From contig NZ_FOJI01000028.1 of the NCBI RefSeq assembly GCF_900111235.1, positions 1-21,942 of the forward strand: DNA of 21,942 bases, read 5' to 3'. This stretch comes from [Clostridium] fimetarium. GTDB lineage: Bacteria > Bacillota > Clostridia > Lachnospirales > Lachnospiraceae. Under the pieces are notes generated by a model that was not told the DNA's origin, did no database searches, and worked only from the letters and a program-made list of their open reading frames with translations. The position numbers and the translations under genes were made by a program. Positions 1-9,282 of this stretch are shown here, piece by piece. Numbering within the stretch: position 1 is the first letter of the stretch; every line of letters begins with the position of its first letter.

Positions 1-166
1 TGGTAGGGAGAAATAACTAATCCACAGTATCTTAAACAGAATAGCTCATACCTAAGAAAAGGTAAAGAAAAGCTATAACTATATAATACGAGGGATATGT
101 TATGATAATATCAGTAATATGTACTATAAATACATCTGGCAAGATGTGAGCGAAGGAGAATATCTT

Positions 167-1006
167 ATGAACCTATATAAACGAACAGATGATTTCTTAA
201 TAGAGCGAGTGAAAAGAGATGCAAATTATAATTCTCAGCCATTTCATTTCCATCCTTACTACGAGATAGGTTTTTTTGTTAAAGGGACTAGAAACGTGAC
301 AGTCAATCATTCTATCTATAATCTGAAAAAAGGAAATGGTGTATTTATCTTGGCAGGTGAACTCCATAAGGGGTATCCGATAGAACATAATCCGAGTCCG
401 ATTGAGTTGATCAACATCTATTTTATGGAAGAATATATCGAACCATTTTTTGAAATATTTGGGAAAAATGAGTTTTTAGAATTTTTTAAAAATCATGTTA
501 TTGAAATTCCAGCTGGAAGGCGAGAATATTTAGAAGAAATATTGCAAAAGATGATAGATGAACATGCCGGAATTGATGAGATGTCAAAAAAAATGCGTAC
601 AAGTTATTTTACTGAATTAATGGTATTTTTGATAAGATGCCAGAAAAATACGGGTGGCGATATCTTGGAATATGATGAAAACAACAAAATTATTGCAGAT
701 GCGGCAGAATATATATATTTTAATTATGACAAGGATATTACGCTTGATGATGTTACGACAAAGTTCAATATGAGTAAATCCTATTTTTCAAAACGTTTTA
801 AAGAGGTAACGGGATTTGGATTTAAGGAATATCTAATTAGTGTTCGCTTAAAGGAAGCTTGTGATTCACTTTTAAATACAGAGGAATCAATTACGCAGAT
901 TGCTTTTGAATGTGGTTTTAATGACAGTAATTATTTCGGTGATGCATTTCGAAAGGCAAAAGGAGTATCACCTCATAAGTATCGAAAAAATAAAGGACTG
1001 ATCTAA
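167..1006 (+). CDS. AraC family transcriptional regulator (N-terminal cupin/AraC-binding domain, C-terminal HTH_AraC)
   Basis: ORF 119..1006. The preferred start is ATG 167 because GAAGGAG sits 9 nt upstream. The C-terminus (KSYFSKRFKEVTGFGFKEYLISVRLKEACDSLLNTEESITQIAFECGFNDSNYF) is typical of the AraC dual HTH. The N-terminus carries a cupin-like GxxH motif. Confidence 0.85.
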   Translation: MNLYKRTDDFLIERVKRDANYNSQPFHFHPYYEIGFFVKGTRNVTVNHSIYNLKKGNGVFILAGELHKGYPIEHNPSPIELINIYFMEEYIEPFFEIFGKNEFLEFFKNHVIEIPAGRREYLEEILQKMIDEHAGIDEMSKKMRTSYFTELMVFLIRCQKNTGGDILEYDENNKIIADAAEYIYFNYDKDITLDDVTTKFNMSKSYFSKRFKEVTGFGFKEYLISVRLKEACDSLLNTEESITQIAFECGFNDSNYFGDAFRKAKGVSPHKYRKNKGLI

Positions 1007-1112
1007 TTTCAATATGTAATTGGATATTTTCATACAAACACATACAATTGCTAATATATGGTAAATATTAACAGAATAATGCAGAAATAGAGCTGATATA
1101 GTGATAAATTTA

Positions 1113-1141
1113 TTGAATTAGTGTACAAAAAATGATACAAT
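1113..1141 (+). promoter_or_regulatory. sigma-A-type promoter TTGAAT-N17-TACAAT upstream of the MCP gene
   Basis: TTGAAT at 1113-1118, a 17-nt spacer, TACAAT at 1136-1141. It lies about 40 nt upstream of the MCP start at 1182, which has the SD AAAAAGGTGGG. Confidence 0.45.
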
Positions 1142-1181
1142 CCTACTATACTAAAACGAAAGAAAAAGGTGGGATGTGCAT

Positions 1182-2960
1182 ATGAATAATTTAAAAGTAC
1201 GTACGAAAATGATACTATTAAGTGTAATAACGGCAATCATAATAATGGTTGTATCAATACTTAGCATTGTAAGTATGAAAAGTATTGGAGAAAAAGATTT
1301 AGCAACACTAGAAGCGACTATACGTACGGATTATGATCAAAATATTAAAAGTCAGGTTACTAATGTTGTGTCATTAGTGGATACAATATATGTTCAGTAT
1401 CAGAAAGGCCAGTATACTTTGGAGGAGGCGAAGAAAGTCGCAGCTGACTTAGTTAGAAGTTTAAAATATAGTGAAAGTGGTTATTTTTGGATTGATACTT
1501 TAGATGGAACGAATGTTGTATTACTTGGTAATGCAACAGAAGGAACAAACCGTTTGGCCGCTAAAGATGCTAACGGCTATGAGATGATTAAAGAGATTAT
1601 AAGAGTATCACAACAACCAGAAGGTGGCTTTACAAATTATGTATTTCCTAAAGCAGGAGAAACAGTAGCTTCTCCAAAACGGTCTTATAGTTTGATTTCC
1701 AAAGGATTTGGATGGGTAGTTGGTACAGGGAATTATACAGATTACATAGATAAAACAGTTGCGACAGAATCTGCTAAAGTAACAGCGGCCACCAATGAAA
1801 AAGTAAGTGTAATATTATATTTTGGGGCAGCATTCTTAATCCTTTCTGTTGTTATATCGTTGGTGATTGCAACTGGAATTTTCAATGCACTGAAAACTAT
1901 AAATATATATATTAAAAAACTAGCAACAGGTGATTTCACAGCGAAAATACCAGAGAAATTTAAAAACCGAAAAGATGATTTTGGAATGTTAGTTTCAGAG
2001 TTAGAAGATATGAAAAAACAAGTTGGTAACTTAATTAGTAAAGTTAAGGTTGAAGCCGCTACAATTAGTGATGTTGTTTTGCAAGTTAAAAACAATGTAT
2101 ATGAATTAAATGCGGATATAGAAAGTGTATCTGCAACAACGCAGGAGCTTGCTGCCTCTATGGAAGAGACCGCAGCAGCATCAGAAGAAATCAGTGCTAT
2201 GTCTCATGAAATAGAAGCTGCATCAAAAAATATTGCTTTGAAAGCAGAAGAAGGTTCAGAGCAAGCGATTGATATCTTTAAAAGAGCGGAACAGGTGAAA
2301 TCAGATACCAAATCTCAGAGGCAAAAAATAAGGACGATCCATGATGAGATAAAATTTAGTCTAGAAAAAGCATTGGATGAAGTAAAAGTAGTAGAACAGA
2401 TAGAGGTACTTTCACAATCAATTATGAATATAACTGCGCAAACGAACCTTCTTGCACTCAATGCTGCAATAGAGGCAGCAAGGGCTGGCGAAGCTGGGAA
2501 AGGTTTCGCAGTTGTTGCAGATGAAATTCGTAGTTTAGCAGAACAGTCAAAAGATGCAGTTGTAAGAATACAAAGTGTAACTTCAGCAGTAACAAATTCG
2601 GTTTCTAACTTGGCAAATGATTCGGGGAGGTTGCTTGATTTCGTCTCAAAAGATGTAGAGAATAGTTTCGAAATGTTTGATAATGTAGCCAATAATTATA
2701 GCGAAGACGCTGGTTATGTCGATTCTCTTGTTACAGATTTTAGCGCTACATCAGAACAATTACTAGCATCAATTGATGGTGTACTGAAGGCAATTGAAGA
2801 AATCAGTAGAGCCTCACAAGAAGGTGCTGAAGGTACAACGGATATCGCACAGCGCTCTAGCGAAATAACTACTAAATCAGATACTGTAATAAAGGAAGTT
2901 GAAAAGTCAAGTCAGGTTGTAGATAATTTGACAAGTGAGATTGGTAAATTCATATTATAA
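1182..2960 (+). CDS. methyl-accepting chemotaxis protein with extracytoplasmic single Cache (sCache_2-like) sensor, HAMP and MCP signalling domain
   Basis: Two TM segments flank a ~175-aa ligand-binding region carrying the sCache_2-like motifs GYFWIDT and GWVVGTGNY. This is followed by HAMP and the methyl-accepting signalling domain ([34 protein letters not shown]). Start ATG 1182 with an SD 8 nt upstream; the ORF track's 1176 is a GTG. Confidence 0.9.
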   Translation: MNNLKVRTKMILLSVITAIIIMVVSILSIVSMKSIGEKDLATLEATIRTDYDQNIKSQVTNVVSLVDTIYVQYQKGQYTLEEAKKVAADLVRSLKYSESGYFWIDTLDGTNVVLLGNATEGTNRLAAKDANGYEMIKEIIRVSQQPEGGFTNYVFPKAGETVASPKRSYSLISKGFGWVVGTGNYTDYIDKTVATESAKVTAATNEKVSVILYFGAAFLILSVVISLVIATGIFNALKTINIYIKKLATGDFTAKIPEKFKNRKDDFGMLVSELEDMKKQVGNLISKVKVEAATISDVVLQVKNNVYELNADIESVSATTQELAASMEETAAASEEISAMSHEIEAASKNIALKAEEGSEQAIDIFKRAEQVKSDTKSQRQKIRTIHDEIKFSLEKALDEVKVVEQIEVLSQSIMNITAQTNLLALNAAIEAARAGEAGKGFAVVADEIRSLAEQSKDAVVRIQSVTSAVTNSVSNLANDSGRLLDFVSKDVENSFEMFDNVANNYSEDAGYVDSLVTDFSATSEQLLASIDGVLKAIEEISRASQEGAEGTTDIAQRSSEITTKSDTVIKEVEKSSQVVDNLTSEIGKFIL

Positions 2961-3011
2961 GAAAACTATAAATTAAATAGTAAAGACATTATAGAAAAAG
3001 AGTTTATAATA

Positions 3012-3064
3012 AAAGAAACAGATGTAGTATTATAATAAGATACTACATCCGTTTCTTTTATAAT
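3012..3064 (+). terminator. Rho-independent terminator after the MCP gene
   Basis: 19-bp stem with one mismatch: aaagaaacagatgtagtat / atactacatccgtttcttt. 9-nt loop, followed by ttttataattt. Confidence 0.6.
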
Positions 3065-3124
3065 TTGATAGAAGATAGAAGATTGATTATTAGTGATAAA
3101 TTTAATGAAAGCAAAAGGTGTCAC

Positions 3125-4258
3125 ATGGAAATAGAAGATAATGTGGAAGCTAGCGTTAAAGACAAGGAAGAAAAACGTATTTTGAAAAGTTTAGCAGAGC
3201 CTCTTTTGGCCTGGTATGATGCGAATGCTAGAATTTTGCCATGGAGAGAAAATGCTGCGCCCTACCGTGTTTGGATGTCAGAAGTGATGTTGCAACAAAC
3301 TAGGGTAGAGGCTGTAAAGTCATATTTTGAAAGATTTATGAAGGCATTGCCAACAATTCAAGCATTGGCAGAAATAGATGATGACGCTCTTCTAAAACTG
3401 TGGGAAGGTCTGGGCTATTATAGTAGGGCTAGAAATGTAAAAAAGACGGCAAAGATAGTAGTTGAGCAATATGGTGGAGAATTTCCATCCAATTATGATG
3501 ATCTAATGGAACTTCCTGGGATCGGTAGTTATACAGCAGGGGCTATTTCTTCTATCGCATTTGCAAATCCAGTGCCGGCAGTAGATGGCAATGTATTAAG
3601 AGTGATTTCCAGAGTTTTGGCTAGTAAAGAAGATATTACAAGTCAATCCGTAAAAAAGAAAGTTGAAGATGAATTACGTGCAACTATGCCACAACTCAAA
3701 CCAGGAGCGTTTAATCAAGCACTAATGGAGATAGGGGCAACGGTATGCGTACCGAATGGAATGGCAAAATGTGAGATTTGTCCCTTGAATCAATTGTGTA
3801 AAGCGAATATACTAGGTATTGTAATGGACTTGCCGAAAAAGACACCAAAGAAACCTAGAACGATTGAGGAGAAAACAATATTAGTAATCAAGTCAGGAGA
3901 TAAGGTCGCAATTAGGAAAAGGTGTAGCAAAGGAATTTTAGCTGGATTATATGAATTTCCAAATATGGAAGGCTATCTATCAGAAAAAGAAGTATTATAT
4001 TTGGTTAAACAAATGTCACTATCCGCAATTAGGATTCTGAAATTAGAGGATTCTAAGCATATCTTTACGCATAAAGAATGGCACATGATTGGATATGTGG
4101 TTAAGGTGGAGGAGTTAGAACAAAACAATAGTATATTAAAAGATTGTTTTTTTGTAGAACCAGCAGAAATAGAAGAAAGATACCCGATTCCTACGGCATT
4201 TCAACGTTATACAAAGTACATCAATATAATACTAGGAAATGATAAGTTTAAGGATTAA
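3125..4258 (+). CDS. mutY: A/G-specific adenine DNA glycosylase MutY (HhH-GPD + 4Fe-4S cluster loop + NUDIX-like C-terminal domain)
   Basis: LLAWYDANARILPWRENAAPYRVWMSEVMLQQTRVEAV..LWEGLGYYSRARN is the classic MutY N-terminus. The Fe-S cysteines are CVPNGMAKCEICPLNQLC. Start ATG 3125 with SD AAAAGGTG; the ORF track's 3065 is upstream and in frame. Confidence 0.9.
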   Translation: MEIEDNVEASVKDKEEKRILKSLAEPLLAWYDANARILPWRENAAPYRVWMSEVMLQQTRVEAVKSYFERFMKALPTIQALAEIDDDALLKLWEGLGYYSRARNVKKTAKIVVEQYGGEFPSNYDDLMELPGIGSYTAGAISSIAFANPVPAVDGNVLRVISRVLASKEDITSQSVKKKVEDELRATMPQLKPGAFNQALMEIGATVCVPNGMAKCEICPLNQLCKANILGIVMDLPKKTPKKPRTIEEKTILVIKSGDKVAIRKRCSKGILAGLYEFPNMEGYLSEKEVLYLVKQMSLSAIRILKLEDSKHIFTHKEWHMIGYVVKVEELEQNNSILKDCFFVEPAEIEERYPIPTAFQRYTKYINIILGNDKFKD

Positions 4259-4410
4259 GATAGTTTAAGGATTAAGATAGTTTAAGGATTAGGATAGTTT
4301 AAGGATTAGGATAGTTTAAGGATTAGGATAGTTTAAGGATTAGGATAGTTTAAGGATTAGGAAAATTTAGAGATTAGGAAATTTTAGGATTAGGAAAATT
4401 AGGATTGGGA
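4241..4410. repeat. tandem repeat array, ~10 copies of a 17-bp unit GATAGTTTAAGGATTA(A/G), degenerating at the 3' end
   Basis: Directly visible. The first unit overlaps the last codons and stop of mutY. The last units decay to GAAAATTTAGAGATTAG / GAAAATTAGGATT. Units are contiguous, so this is not a CRISPR array. Confidence 0.9.
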
Positions 4411-4464
4411 AACACAAAGAATTTTAAAAATAAAAAATTAAGATAAATAAAGGAGAAAAAAATT

Positions 4465-5427
4465 ATGATTAGATGGGGCATTTTAGCAACAGGAGTCATT
4501 GCACATAAATTTGCAAAAACAATTAATAGCATGGGTAATGAGACACAGCTGGTAGCATGTGGTTCAAGAAATATAGAACATGCAAAAGCATTTGCACAGG
4601 AATTTTCTATTCCAAAATACTATGATTCATATGAGGAGCTTGTTCAGGATGACGACGTAGATGCAATCTACATTGCAACACCCAATAGCATGCATTTTGA
4701 AAATATGAAAATGTGTATCGAAGCAGGAAAACATATACTTTGTGAGAAACCGATGACAACGAATGCAGAGGATGCAAAAAAAATATTTGAATTAGCGAAA
4801 GAAAAAGGCATCTTTTTGATGGAAGCTTTTTGGATTTCGATGTTACCAATGCATTTAAAAATCGCACAGATTATATCGGATGGAGTAATCGGAGAAGTAA
4901 AACATATCAGAGCTGATTTTGGATTTACAGTACAAGGTGAAAGAAGAAATAGAAAATTTGATGCATCACTTGGTGGTGGGGCTCTACTTGATATAGGAAT
5001 ATATAATATTGGATTTGTTGCAATGACGCTTGGTTATCATCCAATCAAAATCCAGTCAAAGGTTCATATGAGTGAGTTTGGTACAGACGATTTTGAGACT
5101 ATGATATTCGAATATGAAAATGGAGCAACAGCATCGATGACTGTATCAATCGGTATGAAAATAGAAAAAGAAGGCTTGATCTATGGTACCAAAGGTAGTA
5201 TTCGTCTTCCAGATTTTCAGCAGGCGGAAAAAATGTATGTAGATTTTTATAATGGCACGACCGAAGAAATCAATATGCCAGTGGACATAAATGGTTTCGA
5301 GTATCAAATAAGAGAAGCAATCAAGTGCATCGAGAGCGGTAAAGTTTCAAGTAGCATTCAGACGCCTCAAAATTCAATATCTGTTATGGAAATAATGGAT
5401 TCAATTCGTGAGCAGTGGGGAAAGTAA
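4465..5427 (+). CDS. Gfo/Idh/MocA family NAD(P)-dependent oxidoreductase
   Basis: N-terminal Rossmann motif MIRWGILATGVIAHKF. EKP motif in HILCEKPMT. SD AAAGGAG lies 9 nt upstream. Confidence 0.9.
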   Translation: MIRWGILATGVIAHKFAKTINSMGNETQLVACGSRNIEHAKAFAQEFSIPKYYDSYEELVQDDDVDAIYIATPNSMHFENMKMCIEAGKHILCEKPMTTNAEDAKKIFELAKEKGIFLMEAFWISMLPMHLKIAQIISDGVIGEVKHIRADFGFTVQGERRNRKFDASLGGGALLDIGIYNIGFVAMTLGYHPIKIQSKVHMSEFGTDDFETMIFEYENGATASMTVSIGMKIEKEGLIYGTKGSIRLPDFQQAEKMYVDFYNGTTEEINMPVDINGFEYQIREAIKCIESGKVSSSIQTPQNSISVMEIMDSIREQWGK

Positions 5428-5500
5428 TATTTGTAAAATCTTTAATATTCGTGTTTTTTATTTCATATTATAGATTAAGTGAAATAAAATTGGTGGGCTA

Positions 5501-7207
5501 GTGGATAATAATTGTAAGGAAGCTATTCTAAGCGAGGATTATGCGGATTTTATAATAAATTCTGGGAATGCGCTTGATGAAATTACTAAAATCGACGGCA
5601 CATGCTCATTTAATTTGCGTGAGAATAGATTTAATGTTTATGTACCAATTAGCAATTTACCTAAAAATTTTTTTCAGATGTTTGGTTATAGCGCTATTCC
5701 CAATGTATATGGATTATTAGATATAGGTAGTTTAGAAGCTTCTGGGGTTTTGCGAGTGCAAAATATTCCTATCTTGCAATTACGTGGAAGTGGAGTATTA
5801 ATTGGAATAATCGATACAGGAATTGATTATCGACAGGAAGCTTTTATAAATAGTGATAAAACATCTAAAGTTTATTCTATTTGGGATCAGACAATTGATA
5901 GCGAAAATTCACAACCGGAAGGGTTTTATTTTGGAACTGAGTATACGCAGAGTCAGATTAATACTGCGTTGGCAAGTCAAGATCCATTATCAGTAGTTCC
6001 AAGTAATGATGACAATGGTCATGGTACTTTTTTAGCTGGAATTGCTGCCGGTAATAGAAATGAAAAAGAGAAATTTTCAGGAGTAGTTCCAGATGCAGAA
6101 ATCGTGATGGTAAAATTGAAGCCTGCTAAAAAGTTTTTGCGTGATTTTTGGCGTATTCCTGATGGCGTTTTAACATATCAAAAAAATGACTTTATTTTGG
6201 CAATAAGATATCTTGAAGAAGTTGCAAAAAATGCAGATAGGCCAATGTCTATCATAATGGGTATTGGAACTTCACAAGGTGGTCATGATGAAAAGGGATC
6301 ACTGAGCAGCTATATTTCTGAATTGGCTGCGCAGGAAGGATTTTCGATTTCTATTGCAGCAGGTAATGAAGGAAGTTCAGGACACCATTATCTAGGCTTT
6401 ATTCAGAATGAAAATTTTGTGGATAATGTGGAATTGAAGGTTGGAGAAAATGTCAGTGGATTTTCTATGGAATTCTGGGGGCAGACACCCAGTAGTTTTT
6501 CGATTTCCATTAAAACGCCGAAAGGGGAGTTTATCCCGCCGATTCCACAAACAATTAAAGAGACAAAAGAAATACGATTTACGTTTGAAAGTACGACGAT
6601 AAGTGTAGATTATCAATTGGTGGAGGCTCAATCTGGCGAGCAACTAATTCTTGTTCGATTTACAAATCCAACTCCTGGTGTTTGGACTTTTCAGGTTAAT
6701 TTAAAAAGCAATATATCTTTGCGCTACCATATTTGGCTTCCTATTGTGGATTTTTTAAGTATAGACAGCTTTTTCGTGCAATCAAATCCTGAATACACAT
6801 TAACATCTCCAGCAAATACCTTTATTCCACTGGTTGCTACAGCATATGATTATAAAACGAAAGTACTATATATCAATGCAAGCAGAGGATTCATGCGTAA
6901 TGAAAATATTTCTCCAACACTAGCAGCACCAGGAGTGGACTTGATTGGACCGTCGGTTCCTCAAGGTTACAAGGTAAGTTCAGGAACCAGCTTGGCGGCA
7001 GCACATACAGGAGGAGTGGCGGCTATGCTTTTAGAATGGGGGATTGTAAGGAAAAATTATCCGCAAATGAGTACCGTGCAAATAAGAAATTTACTGATAC
7101 GGGGTGCTAGCAGGGAAAATTCAATTATTTATCCAAGTAGGCAGTGGGGATATGGAATTTTAGATTTATATAATGCGTATAATACGTTCAGAAATACGAT
7201 AACTTAG
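5501..7207 (+). CDS. S8 family subtilisin-like serine peptidase with no signal peptide (possibly Csp-like, intracellular)
   Basis: Catalytic triad motifs are VLIGIIDTGID (Asp), HGTFLAGIAAG (His) and GTSLAAAHTGG (Ser). No N-terminal hydrophobic signal is present. The start is uncertain: GTG 5501 has a GGTGGG SD only 3-4 nt away. Confidence 0.8.
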   Translation: MDNNCKEAILSEDYADFIINSGNALDEITKIDGTCSFNLRENRFNVYVPISNLPKNFFQMFGYSAIPNVYGLLDIGSLEASGVLRVQNIPILQLRGSGVLIGIIDTGIDYRQEAFINSDKTSKVYSIWDQTIDSENSQPEGFYFGTEYTQSQINTALASQDPLSVVPSNDDNGHGTFLAGIAAGNRNEKEKFSGVVPDAEIVMVKLKPAKKFLRDFWRIPDGVLTYQKNDFILAIRYLEEVAKNADRPMSIIMGIGTSQGGHDEKGSLSSYISELAAQEGFSISIAAGNEGSSGHHYLGFIQNENFVDNVELKVGENVSGFSMEFWGQTPSSFSISIKTPKGEFIPPIPQTIKETKEIRFTFESTTISVDYQLVEAQSGEQLILVRFTNPTPGVWTFQVNLKSNISLRYHIWLPIVDFLSIDSFFVQSNPEYTLTSPANTFIPLVATAYDYKTKVLYINASRGFMRNENISPTLAAPGVDLIGPSVPQGYKVSSGTSLAAAHTGGVAAMLLEWGIVRKNYPQMSTVQIRNLLIRGASRENSIIYPSRQWGYGILDLYNAYNTFRNTIT

Positions 7208-7238
7208 CAATTAAAATCATAGTAAAAAAATGATTATT

Positions 7239-7305
7239 AAAATATAGCTTATGTAAAGTTTGAAGGTGAATTTCAAAAACAACTTTACATAAGCTATATT
7301 TTATC
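7239..7305 (+). terminator. long AT-rich hairpin (22-bp perfect stem, 20-nt loop) followed by a T-tract; likely terminator of the S8 gene
   Basis: aaaatatagcttatgtaaagtt at 7239-7260 is the perfect reverse complement of aactttacataagctatatttt at 7281-7302. It is followed by ttatctt. Confidence 0.55.
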
Positions 7306-7334
7306 TTGACAACTTAACGAATGTTAAGTAAAAT
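7306..7334 (+). promoter_or_regulatory. sigma-A-type promoter TTGACA-N17-TAAAAT for the TetR gene, with a small palindrome TTAACgaatGTTAA in the spacer (candidate autoregulatory operator)
   Basis: TTGACA at 7306-7311, TAAAAT at 7329-7334, spacer exactly 17 nt. The inverted repeat TTAAC/GTTAA lies inside the spacer. Confidence 0.5.
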
Positions 7335-7422
7335 AATAACAAGCGTTAAATAAATCTCTAAGACCTATATATGAGCATAAATGTATATTTCAATATTAGG
7401 AAGCAAGAAAGGATCACTCAAT

Positions 7423-8049
7423 ATGTTAAAAGAAAAAAAAGATACAAAGCAGATCATTTTAGATACTGCGCTTGAATTATTCTCAAAGCGAGGTTACAGT
7501 GGTGTATCCATTCGAGATATATCTGGGAAAATTGGTATCAAGGAAAGCGCAATATACTATCATTTCAAAAATAAGCAGGATATTTTCGATGTTTTATGTC
7601 AGTCATTTAATAATGTAATGTATGCAATACCCTCGCAATTTAGCGCTAAGATGGCAAACGTTAAGAACGTTGAAATAGAAGCATTTTCGATGGTATGCCA
7701 TGGATATTTTACAAATTATTTAATGGAAGATACGGTTAATAGATTCCTTAGAATGCTGATTTTAGAGCAGGGAATTAGTGAAGTTGCAGAGATGATGTAT
7801 CACAATATTATGTTTGATGAAGCGATTGGCAATCAGATACTTATATTTAGTTGGTTGATACAAGTGGGATTTTTAAAAACCAATAATGTGGAACGAATGG
7901 TAATGGATTATCACACAATGGTAGTTTATCTTTTTCATAGATATTTGATATGCGGGGAAATAACAGAACAAGTTAAGCAGATTATAAATGAGGAATTATC
8001 GAAACATATCGAGCATTTTTTACAAAAATATGGAGCAGACCAGAAGTAA
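7423..8049 (+). CDS. TetR/AcrR family transcriptional regulator
   Basis: The N-terminal HTH (ILDTALELFSKRGYSGVSIRDISGKIGIKESAIYYHFKNKQDIF) is the canonical TetR_N domain. Start ATG 7423 with SD AAAGGA; the ORF track's 7381 is upstream and in frame. Confidence 0.85.
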   Translation: MLKEKKDTKQIILDTALELFSKRGYSGVSIRDISGKIGIKESAIYYHFKNKQDIFDVLCQSFNNVMYAIPSQFSAKMANVKNVEIEAFSMVCHGYFTNYLMEDTVNRFLRMLILEQGISEVAEMMYHNIMFDEAIGNQILIFSWLIQVGFLKTNNVERMVMDYHTMVVYLFHRYLICGEITEQVKQIINEELSKHIEHFLQKYGADQK

Positions 8050-8054
8050 AAATA

Positions 8055-8232
8055 AGAAATGAATCAAGAATAATCAAGAATAAGTCAGGGATGAGCAAGA
8101 ATAGCGAAGAATAGAACAAGAATAGCGAAGAATAGAACAAGAATAGCGAAGAATAGAGCAAGAATAGAGCAAGAATACAGAAGGATAGAGTAAGAATAGA
8201 GCAGGAGTAAATGAGGAGTAAATGAGGAGGAA
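8055..8232. repeat. AG-rich intergenic tandem repeat, ~10-11-bp unit AAGAATAG(C/A)G, partly organised as a 21-bp unit
   Basis: caagaatagcgaagaatagaa occurs three times and then degenerates (caagaatagag, taagaatagag). It ends with gagtaaatgag twice, directly before the ABC ATPase SD. Confidence 0.85.
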
Positions 8233-8238
8233 ATAAAG

Positions 8239-9282
8239 ATGGAGAATATAATTAGTACGGTGGGTTTAACAAAAACATATAAGGGAACAACAGTTGTAAA
8301 AGATGTTAATATAAACGTAAAAAAAGGTGAGATTTACGGATTTATAGGAAAGAATGGAGCAGGAAAGACTACGACAATTAGAATGCTACTGAACTTAATT
8401 AAACCGTCTAGCGGAAGCGTGGAATTGTTTGGAGAAACAGTAACGGATAGCAATATTCACGATAATCTAAGAAAAATAGGCGCGATTATTGAGACCCCTG
8501 GATTCTATATGAATCTTTCGGCAAGGCAAAACCTAGACATTCACCGACTTATGATGAATGTCTCAGACAAAACGAGTATAGACAGAGTGCTTGATATCGT
8601 TGGATTATCAGAGGAAGGCAGCAAAAAGGTTCGCAACTATTCACTTGGAATGAGACAAAGACTTGGGATTGCAAGAGCTCTTTTGCATACACCAGAAATA
8701 TTGCTGTTAGATGAACCCACGAATGGCCTTGATCCACAGGGAGTAGTAGAAATACGTGAATTGTTATTAAACATAGCAAAAAGCGGAACTACGATTCTTG
8801 TATCCTCACATATTTTAGCGGAAGTTGAAAAAATAGTAAGCACAATCGGTATTCTTAATAATGGGATATTGCTGGAACAAATAAGCAAGGAAGATTTCCA
8901 AAATAAATGTAAACATACAACGATCTACAAGGTAAATGATGTCGCTAAGGCGGAAACACTTATTAAGCAGTACATAGAAAATATAGGTATCAATCATAGT
9001 AACAGCAACAATCATAGTAACAGCAACAATCAGCGTGACAGTAACAATAATAGTAATAATGGAATTAATCGTAACGATAGTTATGGCATAACGATATCAC
9101 AAGATACAATATCACTTGTCGGTCAATTATCGAGTCAGTCACTCAATGGAAAATTAAACAAAATATTGGTCGAAAATGGGATTGAGGTTCTCGAAAGTAA
9201 AATTGTATGTTCTTCGTTAGAGGATTATTTTATAGAGCTTACAGGGACCGCAAAAATAAATGAATGCGGGGGAACTCGCTGA
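8239..9282 (+). CDS. ABC transporter ATP-binding protein, lantibiotic-protection (MutF/SpaF/BcrA-like) subfamily, with N/S-rich low-complexity insert and DUF4162-like C-terminal domain
   Basis: Walker A GKNGAGKTTT, signature LSLGMRQRLGIARAL, Walker B ILLLDEPTNGLD. SD GAGGAGG. C-terminal NHSNSNNHSNSNNQRDSNNNSNN is encoded by an 18-bp tandem repeat. Confidence 0.9.
   Translation: MENIISTVGLTKTYKGTTVVKDVNINVKKGEIYGFIGKNGAGKTTTIRMLLNLIKPSSGSVELFGETVTDSNIHDNLRKIGAIIETPGFYMNLSARQNLDIHRLMMNVSDKTSIDRVLDIVGLSEEGSKKVRNYSLGMRQRLGIARALLHTPEILLLDEPTNGLDPQGVVEIRELLLNIAKSGTTILVSSHILAEVEKIVSTIGILNNGILLEQISKEDFQNKCKHTTIYKVNDVAKAETLIKQYIENIGINHSNSNNHSNSNNQRDSNNNSNNGINRNDSYGITISQDTISLVGQLSSQSLNGKLNKILVENGIEVLESKIVCSSLEDYFIELTGTAKINECGGTR
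8991..9062 (+). repeat. in-frame 18-bp tandem repeat (4 units) inside the ABC ATPase gene, encoding (NHSNSN)n
   Basis: caatcatagtaacagcaa twice, then caatcagcgtgacagtaa and caataatagtaataatgg. Confidence 0.8.

Noticed and set aside
197-388. Antisense ORFs inside annotated genes (197..388-, 1742..2095-, 2315..2692-, 4607..4867-, 6392..6643-, 8549..9015-, 9476..10092-, 10282..10578-, 11353..11691-, 16507..16692-, 17909..18230-, 18533..19078-)
   Set aside because: Each lies wholly within a well-supported + strand gene. Their translations are low-complexity or hydrophobic with no motifs and no SD. They are typical shadow ORFs of an AT-rich genome.
4241-4410. Tandem arrays at 4241-4410 and 8055-8232 as possible CRISPR arrays
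   Set aside because: The units abut directly with no unique spacers, and the unit lengths (17 bp, 10-21 bp) are too short. They are minisatellite-type tandem repeats, not CRISPR.
9264-9281. ATG 9264 (ORF-track start) as the start of the first permease
   Set aside because: It lies inside the ATPase gene. ATG 9282 overlaps the ATPase stop (TGATG), has an SD, and gives the family-typical N-terminus MRNLIGLELKK.
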